Origin: Planctomycetota bacterium
GTDB taxonomy: Bacteria > Planctomycetota > UBA8108 > SXIK01
DNA length: 64,000 nt
Direction of reading: 5' to 3'
Assembly: GCA_965223265.1 (NCBI GenBank)
Contig: OZ244999.1
Location: forward strand, 7,168,001 to 7,232,000
Shown: one piece after another, positions 27,215 to 37,700 of the stretch
How positions within the stretch are numbered: the first letter of the stretch is position 1
Layout: the number at the start of each line of letters is the position of its first letter
Position numbers and translations under genes: made by a program
Notes under the pieces: model-generated
What the model saw: only the letters and a program-made list of their open reading frames with translations
Databases searched by the model: none
What the model was told of the DNA's origin: nothing

Positions 27215-30200
27215 ATGAACATCAAGCTAATTGCCGTGTTTGGTTTGGCGGCGGTTGTTCTCTTGTCGACGAACGCAGTGCGGGCCGACGAGGTCGCGGC
27301 AACTCTGGCCGATGCGGCTGAGAAAAACGACTCGGCCACCGTGGCCACTCTACTGGCGCAGGGCTGCGTCGTGAACCAGCCTCAGGTCGATGGCATGACG
27401 GCCCTTCATTGGGCCGTTTATCACGGCAACGAACATTTGACCCGGCGGTTAGTGGCTGCCGGTGCCAAAGCAGCAGCTAAAAACCGTTACGGTGTGCGGC
27501 CGTTATCCATCGCATGCCTCAACGGTGACAGAAACATCGTCAAGATTCTCCTACAGGCCGGGGCCGATCCAGAAACGGAGCTTCCAGGCGGCGAAACCGC
27601 ACTGATGACCGCGTCGCGGACAGGTCGCTTAGGTCCGGTAGAAGAGCTTCTTGCTCGAGGCGTCGACGTCGATGCGAAAGCAGACGGCGGTCAAACAGCG
27701 CTGATGTGGGCTTCGGCCGATGGGAATCTGCAAGTTGTAGACGCCCTGCTCAAGGCAGGAGCTGACTTTCGCACGCCGCTTCCTTCTGGTTTCACGCCGC
27801 TCTTCTTCGCCGTTCGAGAGGGGCGCACAGACGTTGCGCTCCGCCTCCTCGAGGAGGAAATCGATATCGATGCCCCTATGCGCAGCAGCAAGGAGCGAAG
27901 TCGTCCCAACGCGCTGCTACTGGCAGTCGAAAACGGTCATTACGCCACAGCTCTGGCGCTGCTGAAGGCTGGTGCCGATCCGGATGCGCAGCCGAAGGGG
28001 TACGCTGCGCTCCATGCTATCAGCTGGGTCCGTAAGCCGATCCGGGGGGACGGCGACCCACCTCCGATTGGTTCAGGCGATCTGAGCGACCTGGAGTTCG
28101 TGCGCGCGATGATCAAGCGCGGAGCCGACGTGAACGTGCAACTGGCAGACGGAGACTCCGGTTTCGCCGATTTCACCATGACAGGCTCAACTCCGTTCGT
28201 ACTGGCCGCGCGCACGGGGGATATGCCGCTGATGAAAACCCTACTCGAGTTGGAAGCCAATCCTTCGATCACGAATGCCGACAGATCAACCGCACTACTC
28301 GCTGCGGCTGGTATCGGCGACCTCGGCAGTGGTCAGCAGTCCGCGGGCAGCGAGGAAGAAGCCATCGAAGCCGCCAAACTGCTCTTAGAGCTTGGAGCCG
28401 ATGTCAACGCCGTAGACGAAAACGGCGAGACGGCGATGCATGGCGCCGCCTACCAAAACTGGCCAAAGATGGTTGCGTTTCTCGCCGGGAGCGGCGCCGA
28501 GATAAGTGTCTGGAACCGAAAGAACGATTGGGGGTGGACACCGCTGCTGATTGCCCAGGGCTACCGGGAGGGAAACTTTCGCCCGGATGTAGCTACAATC
28601 GAGGCCATCGAGCGGGTGATGCGTTCTGCCGGCGTGACACCTCCTGAGCCAGGTTCGGATGTCGTGGCGAACCAACAGAGCTGGGACAAGATCAAGCCGC
28701 AGCGTGAGCGGGCCAAAGAATCCCCAACGAACGAGACGACCGACGCCCGCTCTTCACTGGGTGCATTCCATATACGACCAGGGTTCACCGTCGAACTCAT
28801 CGCCGCCGAACCCCTGGTCGTTGACCCTGTCGCCTTCGACTGGGGGACCGACGGCACGCTGTGGGTAGTGGAAATGCGTGACTACCCTCTCGGACGTGAC
28901 GTTGAGACGGGCCTAGGCGGCTGCATTCGCCGGCTCGAGGACACCGATAGCGATGGGCGCTACGACCGCTCAACCCTTTTTCTCCAGGGACTGACGTTTC
29001 CGAACGGTGTCATGACCTGGCGTGATGGCGTTCTCGTCACCTCCGCACCGGAGATCTTCTACGCTGAAGATTCAGACGGAGACGGTCAAGCGGATCGGCG
29101 CGAAGTGCTCTTCGCAGGATTCGGTGAAGTCAATCCTCAGCACCGAGTCAACGGACTGCGCTGGGGACTCGACAACTGGATCTACTGCGCCAGCGGCGAC
29201 TTCGCGCCACGGCGTGATCGTCCGTCCGATGTCGCCGCGCTTCGCGCCGCCAGCGCCGGGCCATCCCTTGGGGCCACGAGAGACGTCCAAGGACTGATTC
29301 TCGGCGGCGCCGGCATCCGCTGCGTCAAGACCGGCGCCACTGTCGACATCCGCAACCGCGACCTTCGCTTTCGACCCGCGAGCGGCGTGCTCGATCCGCA
29401 GTCTGGCCAGTCGCAGTACGGTCGCGAGCGCGACGACTGGGGTAACTGGTTTGGCTGCAATCACGCCACGCCCATTTGGCACTACACGCTTGCCGATCAC
29501 TACCTGCGCCGTAACCCTCACGTCGCCGGACCGTCGCCGCGAACAGAGCCGCGCCGAACCGCACCACCGCGGACGTTCGCCATAGGTACCGACAGTCGAA
29601 GCAGCGGCACGCGCCGCAGCTCGAGTGGCAATGCCTTCACTTCCGCCTGCAGCGTCGTCCCTTATCGCGATGAGCTCTTCGGCGCCGACTTTTCCACTAG
29701 CTGGTTCGTCTGCGAGCCGGTCCACAACCTTGTCCACCGCGAAATCCTGACGCCGAGCGGCGTCACGTTCGCGAGTCGACGAGCCATTGACGAAACAGAC
29801 TCGGAGTTCCTCGCCTCACGCGACAAAATGTTCACGCCGGTGATGGCGCGAACCGGACCCGACGGGGCCCTGTGGATCGCTGACATGTACCGGGACGTCC
29901 TCGAACACCCACATTGGCTCCCGCGCGGGTGGGAGAAGACAACCGACGTGCGCGCTGGCGACGACAAAGGAAGAATCTACCGCATCTTCCCAACCGCAGA
30001 ACCGCCGCGCGCCGTGCCACGGCTCGATCAGCTTGACACCGACGCACTCGTCGGCGCGCTCGACAGCCCCAGCGGCTGGCAACGTGACAAGGTCCAGCAG
30101 CTCCTCATAGAACGTGACGACGCCTCGGCAGTGCCCCTGCTGCGAGCGCTCGCACACGAGAGTTCTCGCGCCGTTTGCCGCCTGCAGGCACTCTGCAGTC

Positions 30201-31741
30201 TTGATGGGATGGGAAGTCTCGACCCTGACCTCATACAGGGCGCAATGAATGACGTGCATCCCGAGGTCCGCCGCCATGGCGTTCGGCTCAGCGAGACACT
30301 GCTCGAAGACTTCCCGGAGCTTCAGGTCGGGCTCGCCGAGTTGGCACGTGATCGGAGCGCAGTCGTGCGGCTGCAGGTTGCCTGTAGCCTCGGTGCAGCG
30401 ACAACGCAGCGTGCTGCGCAAGCCCTGGGGGAGCTGCTCGCTGACTCGCGCGACGATCCTTATCTCAGAAGTGCGGCGATGAGCTCGGTGACAGCGCAAA
30501 ACGTTGCGTCGGTGACGCAGGCCACGCTCGAAGCAGTTCGACAACCGTCGCTGCCGATCATCAGGGATCTACTCAGCTCGGCGATCGGCTTCGACTCACA
30601 GCAGGCGACACGAAAGCTCCTCGGCGCGGTTGTCAGACCTGATCTGACGCAGCGTCGCGGCGACGCTGAGATGACCCACCACTGGCTCCTCCTCAGCGCG
30701 GTTCTCGACGTGATCGCACAGCACGAAACGTCTCTTCAAGAACTCACCGAGAAGGTGGCGCCGGAGAGCGCCGCTATGTCGCTTCATAAAGTGTTCGAAG
30801 CAGCGCGCAAGACGGCGACAGACTCGACGGCGTCGCTCGCGGCGCGACAAGCAGCGATCCCCCTCCTCGGCCGCTGCTTCAATAGGGAAAGCGAGGACAT
30901 CGGACGACTCTCAGCGCTACTGAGCCCCCGCAACGCCGACGCCATCCAGAGTGCCGCCACGCGAGCGCTGGGAGCGTTCAGCAGCCCCGACATCGCAGCG
31001 CTCTTCCTCGATCGCTGGAAGAGTTACTCGCCGTCCATCAGGTCCGAAGTGCTCGACATTCTTCTGCGCCGCGAGACGTGGCTGTCAACTCTTTTTGCAG
31101 CGCTCGAAAGAGGCGATGTCCTCGCAGTTGACATCGATCCAGCCACACGACAGCGCCTCGCTGCGTATCCAGTGGCCGAGGTGCGACGGCGCGCAGCACG
31201 GCTATTGAGCGACTCTTCGCAAGTCCGTGACACCCCCGATCGCGGCACGGTGGTCGCAAACGCCCGGCCGACGCTTCAGCTCGTCGGTGACATTGAGCGC
31301 GGGCGCACGCTCTTCACGCAGAAGTGCGCGCCTTGCCACAAGGTAGACACGGTGGGCGGCACGATCGGCCCCGACCTGACGCCCTACCGAAGCAAAGAAC
31401 CGGAGTGGTTCCTCACGGCGCTGCTGGACCCCAACCGTGCCGTGGAGGCACGCTTCGTCGGCTACAGCGCAGTGCTGACAAACGGAACAGTTCTCTTCGG
31501 CGCGATCACCGAAGAGACAGGAAATACGATCACGCTTGTCAGCGCTAGCGGCAGCCTCGACGTAGTTCTGCGCTCACAACTCGCTGAGCTCCGGAGCTCC
31601 GGGAAGTCGATCATGCCCGAAGGTCTCGAGAAGGATCTGAACCATCAGGCACTTGCCGATCTGATCGCATTTCTGCGCGCCAGCCATGGGGACCGCAATG
31701 ACTCGAGAGAGGGAGAATCGAACGGCAATGCAGAACGATGA
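27215..31741 (+). CDS. Ankyrin-repeat domain fused to a PVC-type heme-binding CxxCH protein (dehydrogenase-like beta-propeller, HEAT repeats, cytochrome c)
   Basis: N-terminal ankyrin repeats (GMTALHWA, GETALMTA, GFTPLFFA); GFTVELIAAEPLVVDPVAFDW, WGLDNWIY, GPDGALWIADM; CAPCH...IGPDLT, SIMPEGLE. Confidence 0.88.
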   Translation: MNIKLIAVFGLAAVVLLSTNAVRADEVAATLADAAEKNDSATVATLLAQGCVVNQPQVDGMTALHWAVYHGNEHLTRRLVAAGAKAAAKNRYGVRPLSIACLNGDRNIVKILLQAGADPETELPGGETALMTASRTGRLGPVEELLARGVDVDAKADGGQTALMWASADGNLQVVDALLKAGADFRTPLPSGFTPLFFAVREGRTDVALRLLEEEIDIDAPMRSSKERSRPNALLLAVENGHYATALALLKAGADPDAQPKGYAALHAISWVRKPIRGDGDPPPIGSGDLSDLEFVRAMIKRGADVNVQLADGDSGFADFTMTGSTPFVLAARTGDMPLMKTLLELEANPSITNADRSTALLAAAGIGDLGSGQQSAGSEEEAIEAAKLLLELGADVNAVDENGETAMHGAAYQNWPKMVAFLAGSGAEISVWNRKNDWGWTPLLIAQGYREGNFRPDVATIEAIERVMRSAGVTPPEPGSDVVANQQSWDKIKPQRERAKESPTNETTDARSSLGAFHIRPGFTVELIAAEPLVVDPVAFDWGTDGTLWVVEMRDYPLGRDVETGLGGCIRRLEDTDSDGRYDRSTLFLQGLTFPNGVMTWRDGVLVTSAPEIFYAEDSDGDGQADRREVLFAGFGEVNPQHRVNGLRWGLDNWIYCASGDFAPRRDRPSDVAALRAASAGPSLGATRDVQGLILGGAGIRCVKTGATVDIRNRDLRFRPASGVLDPQSGQSQYGRERDDWGNWFGCNHATPIWHYTLADHYLRRNPHVAGPSPRTEPRRTAPPRTFAIGTDSRSSGTRRSSSGNAFTSACSVVPYRDELFGADFSTSWFVCEPVHNLVHREILTPSGVTFASRRAIDETDSEFLASRDKMFTPVMARTGPDGALWIADMYRDVLEHPHWLPRGWEKTTDVRAGDDKGRIYRIFPTAEPPRAVPRLDQLDTDALVGALDSPSGWQRDKVQQLLIERDDASAVPLLRALAHESSRAVCRLQALCSLDGMGSLDPDLIQGAMNDVHPEVRRHGVRLSETLLEDFPELQVGLAELARDRSAVVRLQVACSLGAATTQRAAQALGELLADSRDDPYLRSAAMSSVTAQNVASVTQATLEAVRQPSLPIIRDLLSSAIGFDSQQATRKLLGAVVRPDLTQRRGDAEMTHHWLLLSAVLDVIAQHETSLQELTEKVAPESAAMSLHKVFEAARKTATDSTASLAARQAAIPLLGRCFNRESEDIGRLSALLSPRNADAIQSAATRALGAFSSPDIAALFLDRWKSYSPSIRSEVLDILLRRETWLSTLFAALERGDVLAVDIDPATRQRLAAYPVAEVRRRAARLLSDSSQVRDTPDRGTVVANARPTLQLVGDIERGRTLFTQKCAPCHKVDTVGGTIGPDLTPYRSKEPEWFLTALLDPNRAVEARFVGYSAVLTNGTVLFGAITEETGNTITLVSASGSLDVVLRSQLAELRSSGKSIMPEGLEKDLNHQALADLIAFLRASHGDRNDSREGESNGNAER

Positions 31742-33266
31742 AACCAAAGTGAATCAGAACACCCAATCGTGCGCCCAGGTCGATCGGCGCACCATGCTGA
31801 AAGCCGCCGCCGGCGCGGCTTCTGGGATGCTCGTGCCGTCGGCCATGACGCCTGCTGAAGCGACTCCAGAATCCGATGACCTCACCATCGACGGTTACAC
31901 CGGCAGGCTGAGTTACGCGGCAGGCGAGCCCATCCATCTTCACGTCTCGACCAATGCGCCGTCGTATTCACTCGAAATTGCGCGTGTCGGCGCAGAGCGA
32001 CAGGTCGTCCTGCGGCAACAAAAACTCCCCGGCGCGCTGCACACTGTACCGCCGAACGCCTCCACTCACGGCTGCAAGTGGCCCGTCTCGCACACGATCA
32101 ACGTACCGGACGACTGGCGTTCCGGCTATTACAGCATCGTTTTGCGAGCAGACGGACGTCACGGCGCGGCGGCTGCCGGCGAGGCATTTTTCGTCGTGCG
32201 CGCAGCTAGACCCGGGAGCAAAACCAAGATCCTCCTGCAGCTAGCCACCAACACCTACAACGCTTACAACGACTTCGGCGGTAGCAGCCTTTACGCCGGT
32301 GGTGCGCTGCCGCTGCAAGGGAAACGCGTCTCGTTCGAGAGGCCCATGTCGCCTGGATTTCTCTCACGGCCCGACCGCGAGCTCAGCCGCTGGCACCCGT
32401 ACGCCGGCTGGCATCAGTGGGAGAGGTCGTTCGTGGCGTGGGCGGAACGCAGCGGCTACGCGTTCGACTATGCGGTGAACTCGGACCTCGAGTCCCGGCC
32501 GGACCTGCTTCAGCACTACCGACTTGTCCTCAGCGTCGGTCACGATGAATACTGGTCCGCGCCGATGCGCGACAACCTCGAGAAGTTCATCGCAGCCGGC
32601 GGCAACGTGGCGTTCTTCAGTGGTAACGTCAGCTACTGGCAGGTGCGTTCGGAGGACGACGGCCGCGCCCTCGTTTGCTACAAGGCGAGCTACGAAGAGG
32701 ACCCCAACTTCAAGAGCGGCAAGCACAAGACGCTCGCGACGCTGTGGAGCCATCGTCTCGTCGAGCGTCCGGAGAACGAGCTCACCGGCGTCAGCTTCTG
32801 CTACGGCGGCTATCACCGCTTCCGCTCGGCGCCGAAGGGAGCCGGCGCCTACACGATCTACCGCCCGGACCACTGGGTTTTCGCCGGGAGCGGTCTGAAG
32901 TGGGGAGACGAGCTCGGCGCCGAGGCTGGCGTCGTCGGCTATGAGTGCGACGGCTGCGACTACGGTTTCAAGGACGGTTTACCCGTTCCGACGCACGCGG
33001 ACGGCACGCCGGAGGACTTTGAGATCCTCGCCCTTTGTCCCGCATCGCTCTGGGACACCGACGTTGAGTTTCACTCGAAGGCGCTCTATGGCGAAGGCTC
33101 GGGGCGACGGCGCCATCTCGGCGCAGCGGTGATGGGCGCGTACTCGCGCGGCGGTACGGTGTTCACCACGGGATGCACGGAGTGGACGCGCGGCCTGGAA
33201 AAGGCAGACCCCGAAGTCGAACGAATCACTCGCAACGTGCTGGATCGTCTGTCAGTGACAGCGTGA
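31728..33266 (+). CDS. N,N-dimethylformamidase beta-subunit family protein with a Tat signal
   Basis: DRRTMLK Tat motif; TNTYNAYNDFGGSSLY, SVGHDEYWS, GGNVAFFSGN, VGYECDG. Confidence 0.85.
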   Translation: MQNDETKVNQNTQSCAQVDRRTMLKAAAGAASGMLVPSAMTPAEATPESDDLTIDGYTGRLSYAAGEPIHLHVSTNAPSYSLEIARVGAERQVVLRQQKLPGALHTVPPNASTHGCKWPVSHTINVPDDWRSGYYSIVLRADGRHGAAAAGEAFFVVRAARPGSKTKILLQLATNTYNAYNDFGGSSLYAGGALPLQGKRVSFERPMSPGFLSRPDRELSRWHPYAGWHQWERSFVAWAERSGYAFDYAVNSDLESRPDLLQHYRLVLSVGHDEYWSAPMRDNLEKFIAAGGNVAFFSGNVSYWQVRSEDDGRALVCYKASYEEDPNFKSGKHKTLATLWSHRLVERPENELTGVSFCYGGYHRFRSAPKGAGAYTIYRPDHWVFAGSGLKWGDELGAEAGVVGYECDGCDYGFKDGLPVPTHADGTPEDFEILALCPASLWDTDVEFHSKALYGEGSGRRRHLGAAVMGAYSRGGTVFTTGCTEWTRGLEKADPEVERITRNVLDRLSVTA

Positions 33267-33324
33267 GCGTGTGCGGCGCGCGGCGAAGGGAAGATCACTC
33301 GATCGCCGGCCGTCTGGACTAGCT

Positions 33325-36300
33325 CTAGCTCCGGTCGCCGCTGAGATCCTCCGCGAGCGGGAGGATGGCGGGAATCCCGATCAGCACGAAGACTGCGGAC
33401 ACCAGCGTTCCGATGCCGAGTGAGATCGCCATGGGGACGAGGAACAGCGCCTGCACGGAAGTCTCGAAGATCATCGGGCCGAGCCCCAAGAACGTCGTGA
33501 TCGCCGTCAGCAGAATCGGACGAAAACGGCGCTGCGCCGCGGTCACGATGGCCTCACCTTGCGGCACTCCGCTCGTGATATACCGATTCCTCGTGTTCAC
33601 CAGAACAAAGGCGCCGTTGACGACCATGCCGCAAAGCGCAATCATTCCGAAGACGCTGAAAATGCTCAGGTCGAACCCCATGGCCAAATGTCCAAGCACC
33701 GCCCCACAGAGACCCCATGGGATGGTCAAAAGGACGATGATCGCATGTACGTAGCTGCGCAGGAGCGACGCCATGATGGCGTAGATGGCAAAGAGAGCAG
33801 CCATCAATCCCCACGAGAGACGATCCACCGCCTCGCGCTGTTCTCGCTGCTCGCCTTCGAACGCGTAGCGCAGGCCCGGATACCTGGCAACGATTCTTGG
33901 CATGTCGCCTTTGGCAAATGCCGACAGGATGCGGTTGCCGTTGTTCACTCCCGGAATCACGTTAGCAGTCACGTTGAGCACGCGCCCGCCGTCGACGCGC
34001 TCGATTCTCACGGGCGCTTTTGTCGGGATGACGAACGCTGCCTGACTGAGAGGAATCTCACCTCCCTCGGGAGCGCGGAGGAGGAGATCCTCCAGCCCGC
34101 TCATCGAACGACGATCTGCTTCCGGCAGCTTCACCATGACCCGGAGCTCGTCGCGGTCGCGAGGCTGCCTCAGGGCTTCCGCGCCGTAGAACGCGTGCCG
34201 GATCTGCTGGCCAAGCTCGCGCGCGGTGATGCCGAGGCTCCGCCCCTCCGGTTTGATCTCAAAGTTGACCTGCGGCATCGCACGGCCGAAACCGCGCCGT
34301 ACATCTTCCACGCCCGGGAAGCGCTCGATGGCAGCGGCGACATCGGCGGCGGCTTCACGCAGCGTGTCGACATCAGCGTGCGCGATCTGGATGTCGATTT
34401 CTGCCGACCCTCCCGGTCCGTACATGTAGTCGAAGAAGAGAGACTCGACATCGGGTAGCTCACCAATCTCGTCACGCCAGATGGTGGCGAATCCCTCGCT
34501 CGAGATCTCTCGTCGGCTTTGCGGCACCAGGATGACCGACACTTCTGCTCCATGTGCCGTGCGCTCGGCAATGGTCGTAAAGACGCCGACGAGAATGTCG
34601 TCTTCGCCGTTGGCAGCAAGCGCGCGGCGCGCGGCCGCTTCGACTTCGAAAGCGACGGTGCGGGTGCGAGCGACCGGCGTACCGGACGGCATCTCGATCT
34701 CAGCTTGCACGAAATTGGTCTGAATCGCTGGTCGAAATGTGAAGTCGAGGCGTCCGCTTGCAACGTAAGCGACCACGCTCGCGAACACCGCCGCGAAGAG
34801 CGCTATGGTCAAGTACCGGTGGCGGATCGCACTGCAGACGATCGGCCGGTAGATCCTCTCCATGCGCGAGTCCAACGATTCCCTCAAGAGCATCTGCCGG
34901 TGCTGGAATGCGCTCCACCATGCGTAACCGATTCTGTCGCGTCCGTGGGCAAGATGCGCCGGCAGAATGAACAAGCACTCGATGAGCGACACGGCAAAGA
35001 CCGCGATGACCACGGCCGGAAGAACCCTGAAGAATTGACCCGTCTCGCCGGGGACGAAGAGGAGAGGCAAGAATGCGATGATGTTCGTCGAAACAGCGAA
35101 CGTCACGGGAACCGCCATCTCGCGAACTCCGAGAATGGCGGCTTCGATGCGGGGTGTTCCCGAGGACATCTTGTGAAAGATCTCCTCGCCGACCACGACC
35201 GCGTCGTCGACGACGATGCCGAGCGTGACGATGAAACCGAAGAGGGAGATCATGTTGATGCTCGCATCCATCGCTGGCAAGAGAATCAGCGAGCCGAGAA
35301 TCGACACCGGGATTCCGACCGCAGTCCAGAAGGCCACCCGAATCTCGAGAAAGAGACCGAGTGCCAAAAGCACGAGCACAAGACCCAGGCTTCCGTTTCT
35401 GATCAGCAAGGTGAGGCGCTCGCGGTAGGACTCTGAACGATCCATCACCAGCGCCATGCCCATACCAGTGGGGAGACTTTTACGCTCCTTTTCGATGAAC
35501 GTCCGCACCGCGCCGGCCACCTCCATCGGCGACTGACTCTCCGAGCTATAGATCGCCATGACAACCGCCCGCCTGCCGTTGAAGTAAGCCTCGCGGTCGA
35601 GCTCCTCGAAGCTGTCTCGAACCTCCGCGATGTCAGCGAGCCGCACTTTAGCACCGTCAGCGGTACTGAGGATCGGAACATCAGAAAACTCGCTCGCGAA
35701 CTCCCTGCGTTCCGTCGTCCGCAAGAGGACATCTCCCCCTGGCGTTCGGATCGTCCCGGCAGGAACGTCGAGAGCCGCGGCGTCGATCGCTTCAGCAACC
35801 TCGTCAAGCGTCAGGTTGAGGGCACGGAGCTTCGCCTGGGGCACCTCGATGTGAATCTCGGGACGCCGGAGTCCCTTGAAGTCGATCAGCGATATGTTGG
35901 GATCCGAAAGCAGTCCGGCCTCGATCTGCCGGGCGAAATCGACCAGCGAACGTTCGTCGACGTCACCATGGATCGCGACCCGGATCACCTCGCGGCGCCT
36001 TCCGGTCCCCAGCCCAATCACCGGCGGCTCCGCCTCGTCGGGAAAAAGACTCACGCGCTGCACAGCGGCAGTAATCTCCTGCAGTGAGCGGTTGCGATCA
36101 GAGCCGGGGACGAGCTCGACGGTAACGCTGGCGCGGCCCTCGCGGGCGATCGCCAACACCCGGCGGATGACCTCCATACCTCGCAGCTCCGTCTCGATCG
36201 GGAGGATGATCGTTCTCTCGACCTCCTCCGGGCTGGCGCCTCGGTACTCCATTTCGATCTCGACCACATCGAGAGCGAAGACGGGCACGACCTCCTGGCG

Positions 36301-36435
36301 AATCGACCGCGCGACGAGAACACCGGCAACGGCGATGAAGACCATGACCAAGTTGGCGGCGACCGGGTTGCGTGCGAACCAGGCGAGGGCGCCGCGGTGG
36401 ACCCTTCCGCTCGTCCGACGGCCGCCAGCGCTCAT
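33325..36435 (-). CDS. RND efflux permease (AcrB/AcrD/AcrF family)
   Basis: WFARNPVAANL, GASPEEVE, LGIVVDDAVVVGE, RFRPILLTAITT; 1036 aa. Confidence 0.95.
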   Translation of the reverse strand: MSAGGRRTSGRVHRGALAWFARNPVAANLVMVFIAVAGVLVARSIRQEVVPVFALDVVEIEMEYRGASPEEVERTIILPIETELRGMEVIRRVLAIAREGRASVTVELVPGSDRNRSLQEITAAVQRVSLFPDEAEPPVIGLGTGRRREVIRVAIHGDVDERSLVDFARQIEAGLLSDPNISLIDFKGLRRPEIHIEVPQAKLRALNLTLDEVAEAIDAAALDVPAGTIRTPGGDVLLRTTERREFASEFSDVPILSTADGAKVRLADIAEVRDSFEELDREAYFNGRRAVVMAIYSSESQSPMEVAGAVRTFIEKERKSLPTGMGMALVMDRSESYRERLTLLIRNGSLGLVLVLLALGLFLEIRVAFWTAVGIPVSILGSLILLPAMDASINMISLFGFIVTLGIVVDDAVVVGEEIFHKMSSGTPRIEAAILGVREMAVPVTFAVSTNIIAFLPLLFVPGETGQFFRVLPAVVIAVFAVSLIECLFILPAHLAHGRDRIGYAWWSAFQHRQMLLRESLDSRMERIYRPIVCSAIRHRYLTIALFAAVFASVVAYVASGRLDFTFRPAIQTNFVQAEIEMPSGTPVARTRTVAFEVEAAARRALAANGEDDILVGVFTTIAERTAHGAEVSVILVPQSRREISSEGFATIWRDEIGELPDVESLFFDYMYGPGGSAEIDIQIAHADVDTLREAAADVAAAIERFPGVEDVRRGFGRAMPQVNFEIKPEGRSLGITARELGQQIRHAFYGAEALRQPRDRDELRVMVKLPEADRRSMSGLEDLLLRAPEGGEIPLSQAAFVIPTKAPVRIERVDGGRVLNVTANVIPGVNNGNRILSAFAKGDMPRIVARYPGLRYAFEGEQREQREAVDRLSWGLMAALFAIYAIMASLLRSYVHAIIVLLTIPWGLCGAVLGHLAMGFDLSIFSVFGMIALCGMVVNGAFVLVNTRNRYITSGVPQGEAIVTAAQRRFRPILLTAITTFLGLGPMIFETSVQALFLVPMAISLGIGTLVSAVFVLIGIPAILPLAEDLSGDRS

Positions 36436-37700
36436 GGCGACATCCTTGACTCAGTGGGCGCTGGAGCAGAAACCTTGGCGGCGGAAGCGGAGCTCGAAGT
36501 CGCGATGGCGTCGGCAGGTTTTGGATTCACCTCCATTCCTGGTAGAGCGACCCGTAGACCGCTGACGACCAGATCCTGCCCTTGCGGGAGCTTGTTCTCG
36601 ATGATCACGGAGTCTCTCGTCGACCAGAGAACAGTCACTGGTCGAATCTGAAGACGCCGGTTTTCATCGACGAGCCAGACGCGGTCGCCCTCCCGCAAAG
36701 CCTCCCTCCGAATAGTGACGACGTCCCGGAGAACGCCGGCGCTGATTTCGACGCGAACATAGCTCCCTAGGAGCATCGGGACTTCGTCGCTCCCGCCGCT
36801 GCCGAGAGGATTCGGCACACTGATCAAGACGCGAGCCATCCGGCCTGTCGGCTCGAGGTCTCCTAAAAGGCGAACCACGTGGCCGCTGCGCCGCACGGTC
36901 TCACCGTCGCCGGACTCGAGGAGTACCTCCACGCTCGCCCCTGCACGCTCGGCGGTGGGAAATTCAATCCAGCGCAGCATGTCGATCGGCAGGGAAGCTC
37001 GCACCCAGAATTCGTCAGCGCCGACGAGAGTTGCGACTGCACTTCCAGGCTCGACGAGCTGCCCTATCTCAACCGACTCTTCCAGTACGATCACGTTGAA
37101 CGGGGCATTGACGACGGTGCGCGACAGGTCGAGTTGCGCTTTGTCGATTTCGTTCTGCGCCTTCGCGATCAGCGCTTCCGTACGGCGAAGATGGGGCTCA
37201 CGCAGCACGAGCGAGCGATTCGCTTCACTCTCAGGAACGTCACCCTTGAGAAGATTCCACTCCCGAGACGCAACGACTTGACGCCCCCTTTCGACTTCGA
37301 GCTCGAAGCGCGCCTCCTCGAGAGTCGTCTGTGCTTCGGTGAGCGCCAGCTGATAATCGGAGGGATCGATGAGGATGAGCTCGGCGCCAGCCGCGATGAA
37401 GCCGCCCGGAACGAGCGCCGGATCATGTCGCAGAACGCGACCGCGAACTTCCGGTCGGATGACGATGCTGCGCGACGGGATGACCGTACCGTAGCCGGTT
37501 ACCGTGATGTTCTGATCCTTAGAGCGCATCTCTACAGTTTTGACAATCTTCGGTGCACGCTTCTCGTCCCTGGGCTGCTCGCGTGGCGAAGTCCATAAGA
37601 GAACTGCGCTGGCCAGAATGCCGAGAGCAAGAACGCCAACCGCCAGCATGACGGAAGCGCCGCGCGAAATGCCGCGCCGAGTGTCGTTCATCGATTCCAA
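36432..37700 (-). CDS. RND periplasmic adaptor (membrane fusion protein)
   Basis: N-terminal TM, IRPEVRGRV, coiled coil, RTVVNAPFN, VEIGQLV; translationally coupled to the RND permease. Confidence 0.93.
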   Translation of the reverse strand: MESMNDTRRGISRGASVMLAVGVLALGILASAVLLWTSPREQPRDEKRAPKIVKTVEMRSKDQNITVTGYGTVIPSRSIVIRPEVRGRVLRHDPALVPGGFIAAGAELILIDPSDYQLALTEAQTTLEEARFELEVERGRQVVASREWNLLKGDVPESEANRSLVLREPHLRRTEALIAKAQNEIDKAQLDLSRTVVNAPFNVIVLEESVEIGQLVEPGSAVATLVGADEFWVRASLPIDMLRWIEFPTAERAGASVEVLLESGDGETVRRSGHVVRLLGDLEPTGRMARVLISVPNPLGSGGSDEVPMLLGSYVRVEISAGVLRDVVTIRREALREGDRVWLVDENRRLQIRPVTVLWSTRDSVIIENKLPQGQDLVVSGLRVALPGMEVNPKPADAIATSSSASAAKVSAPAPTESRMSP

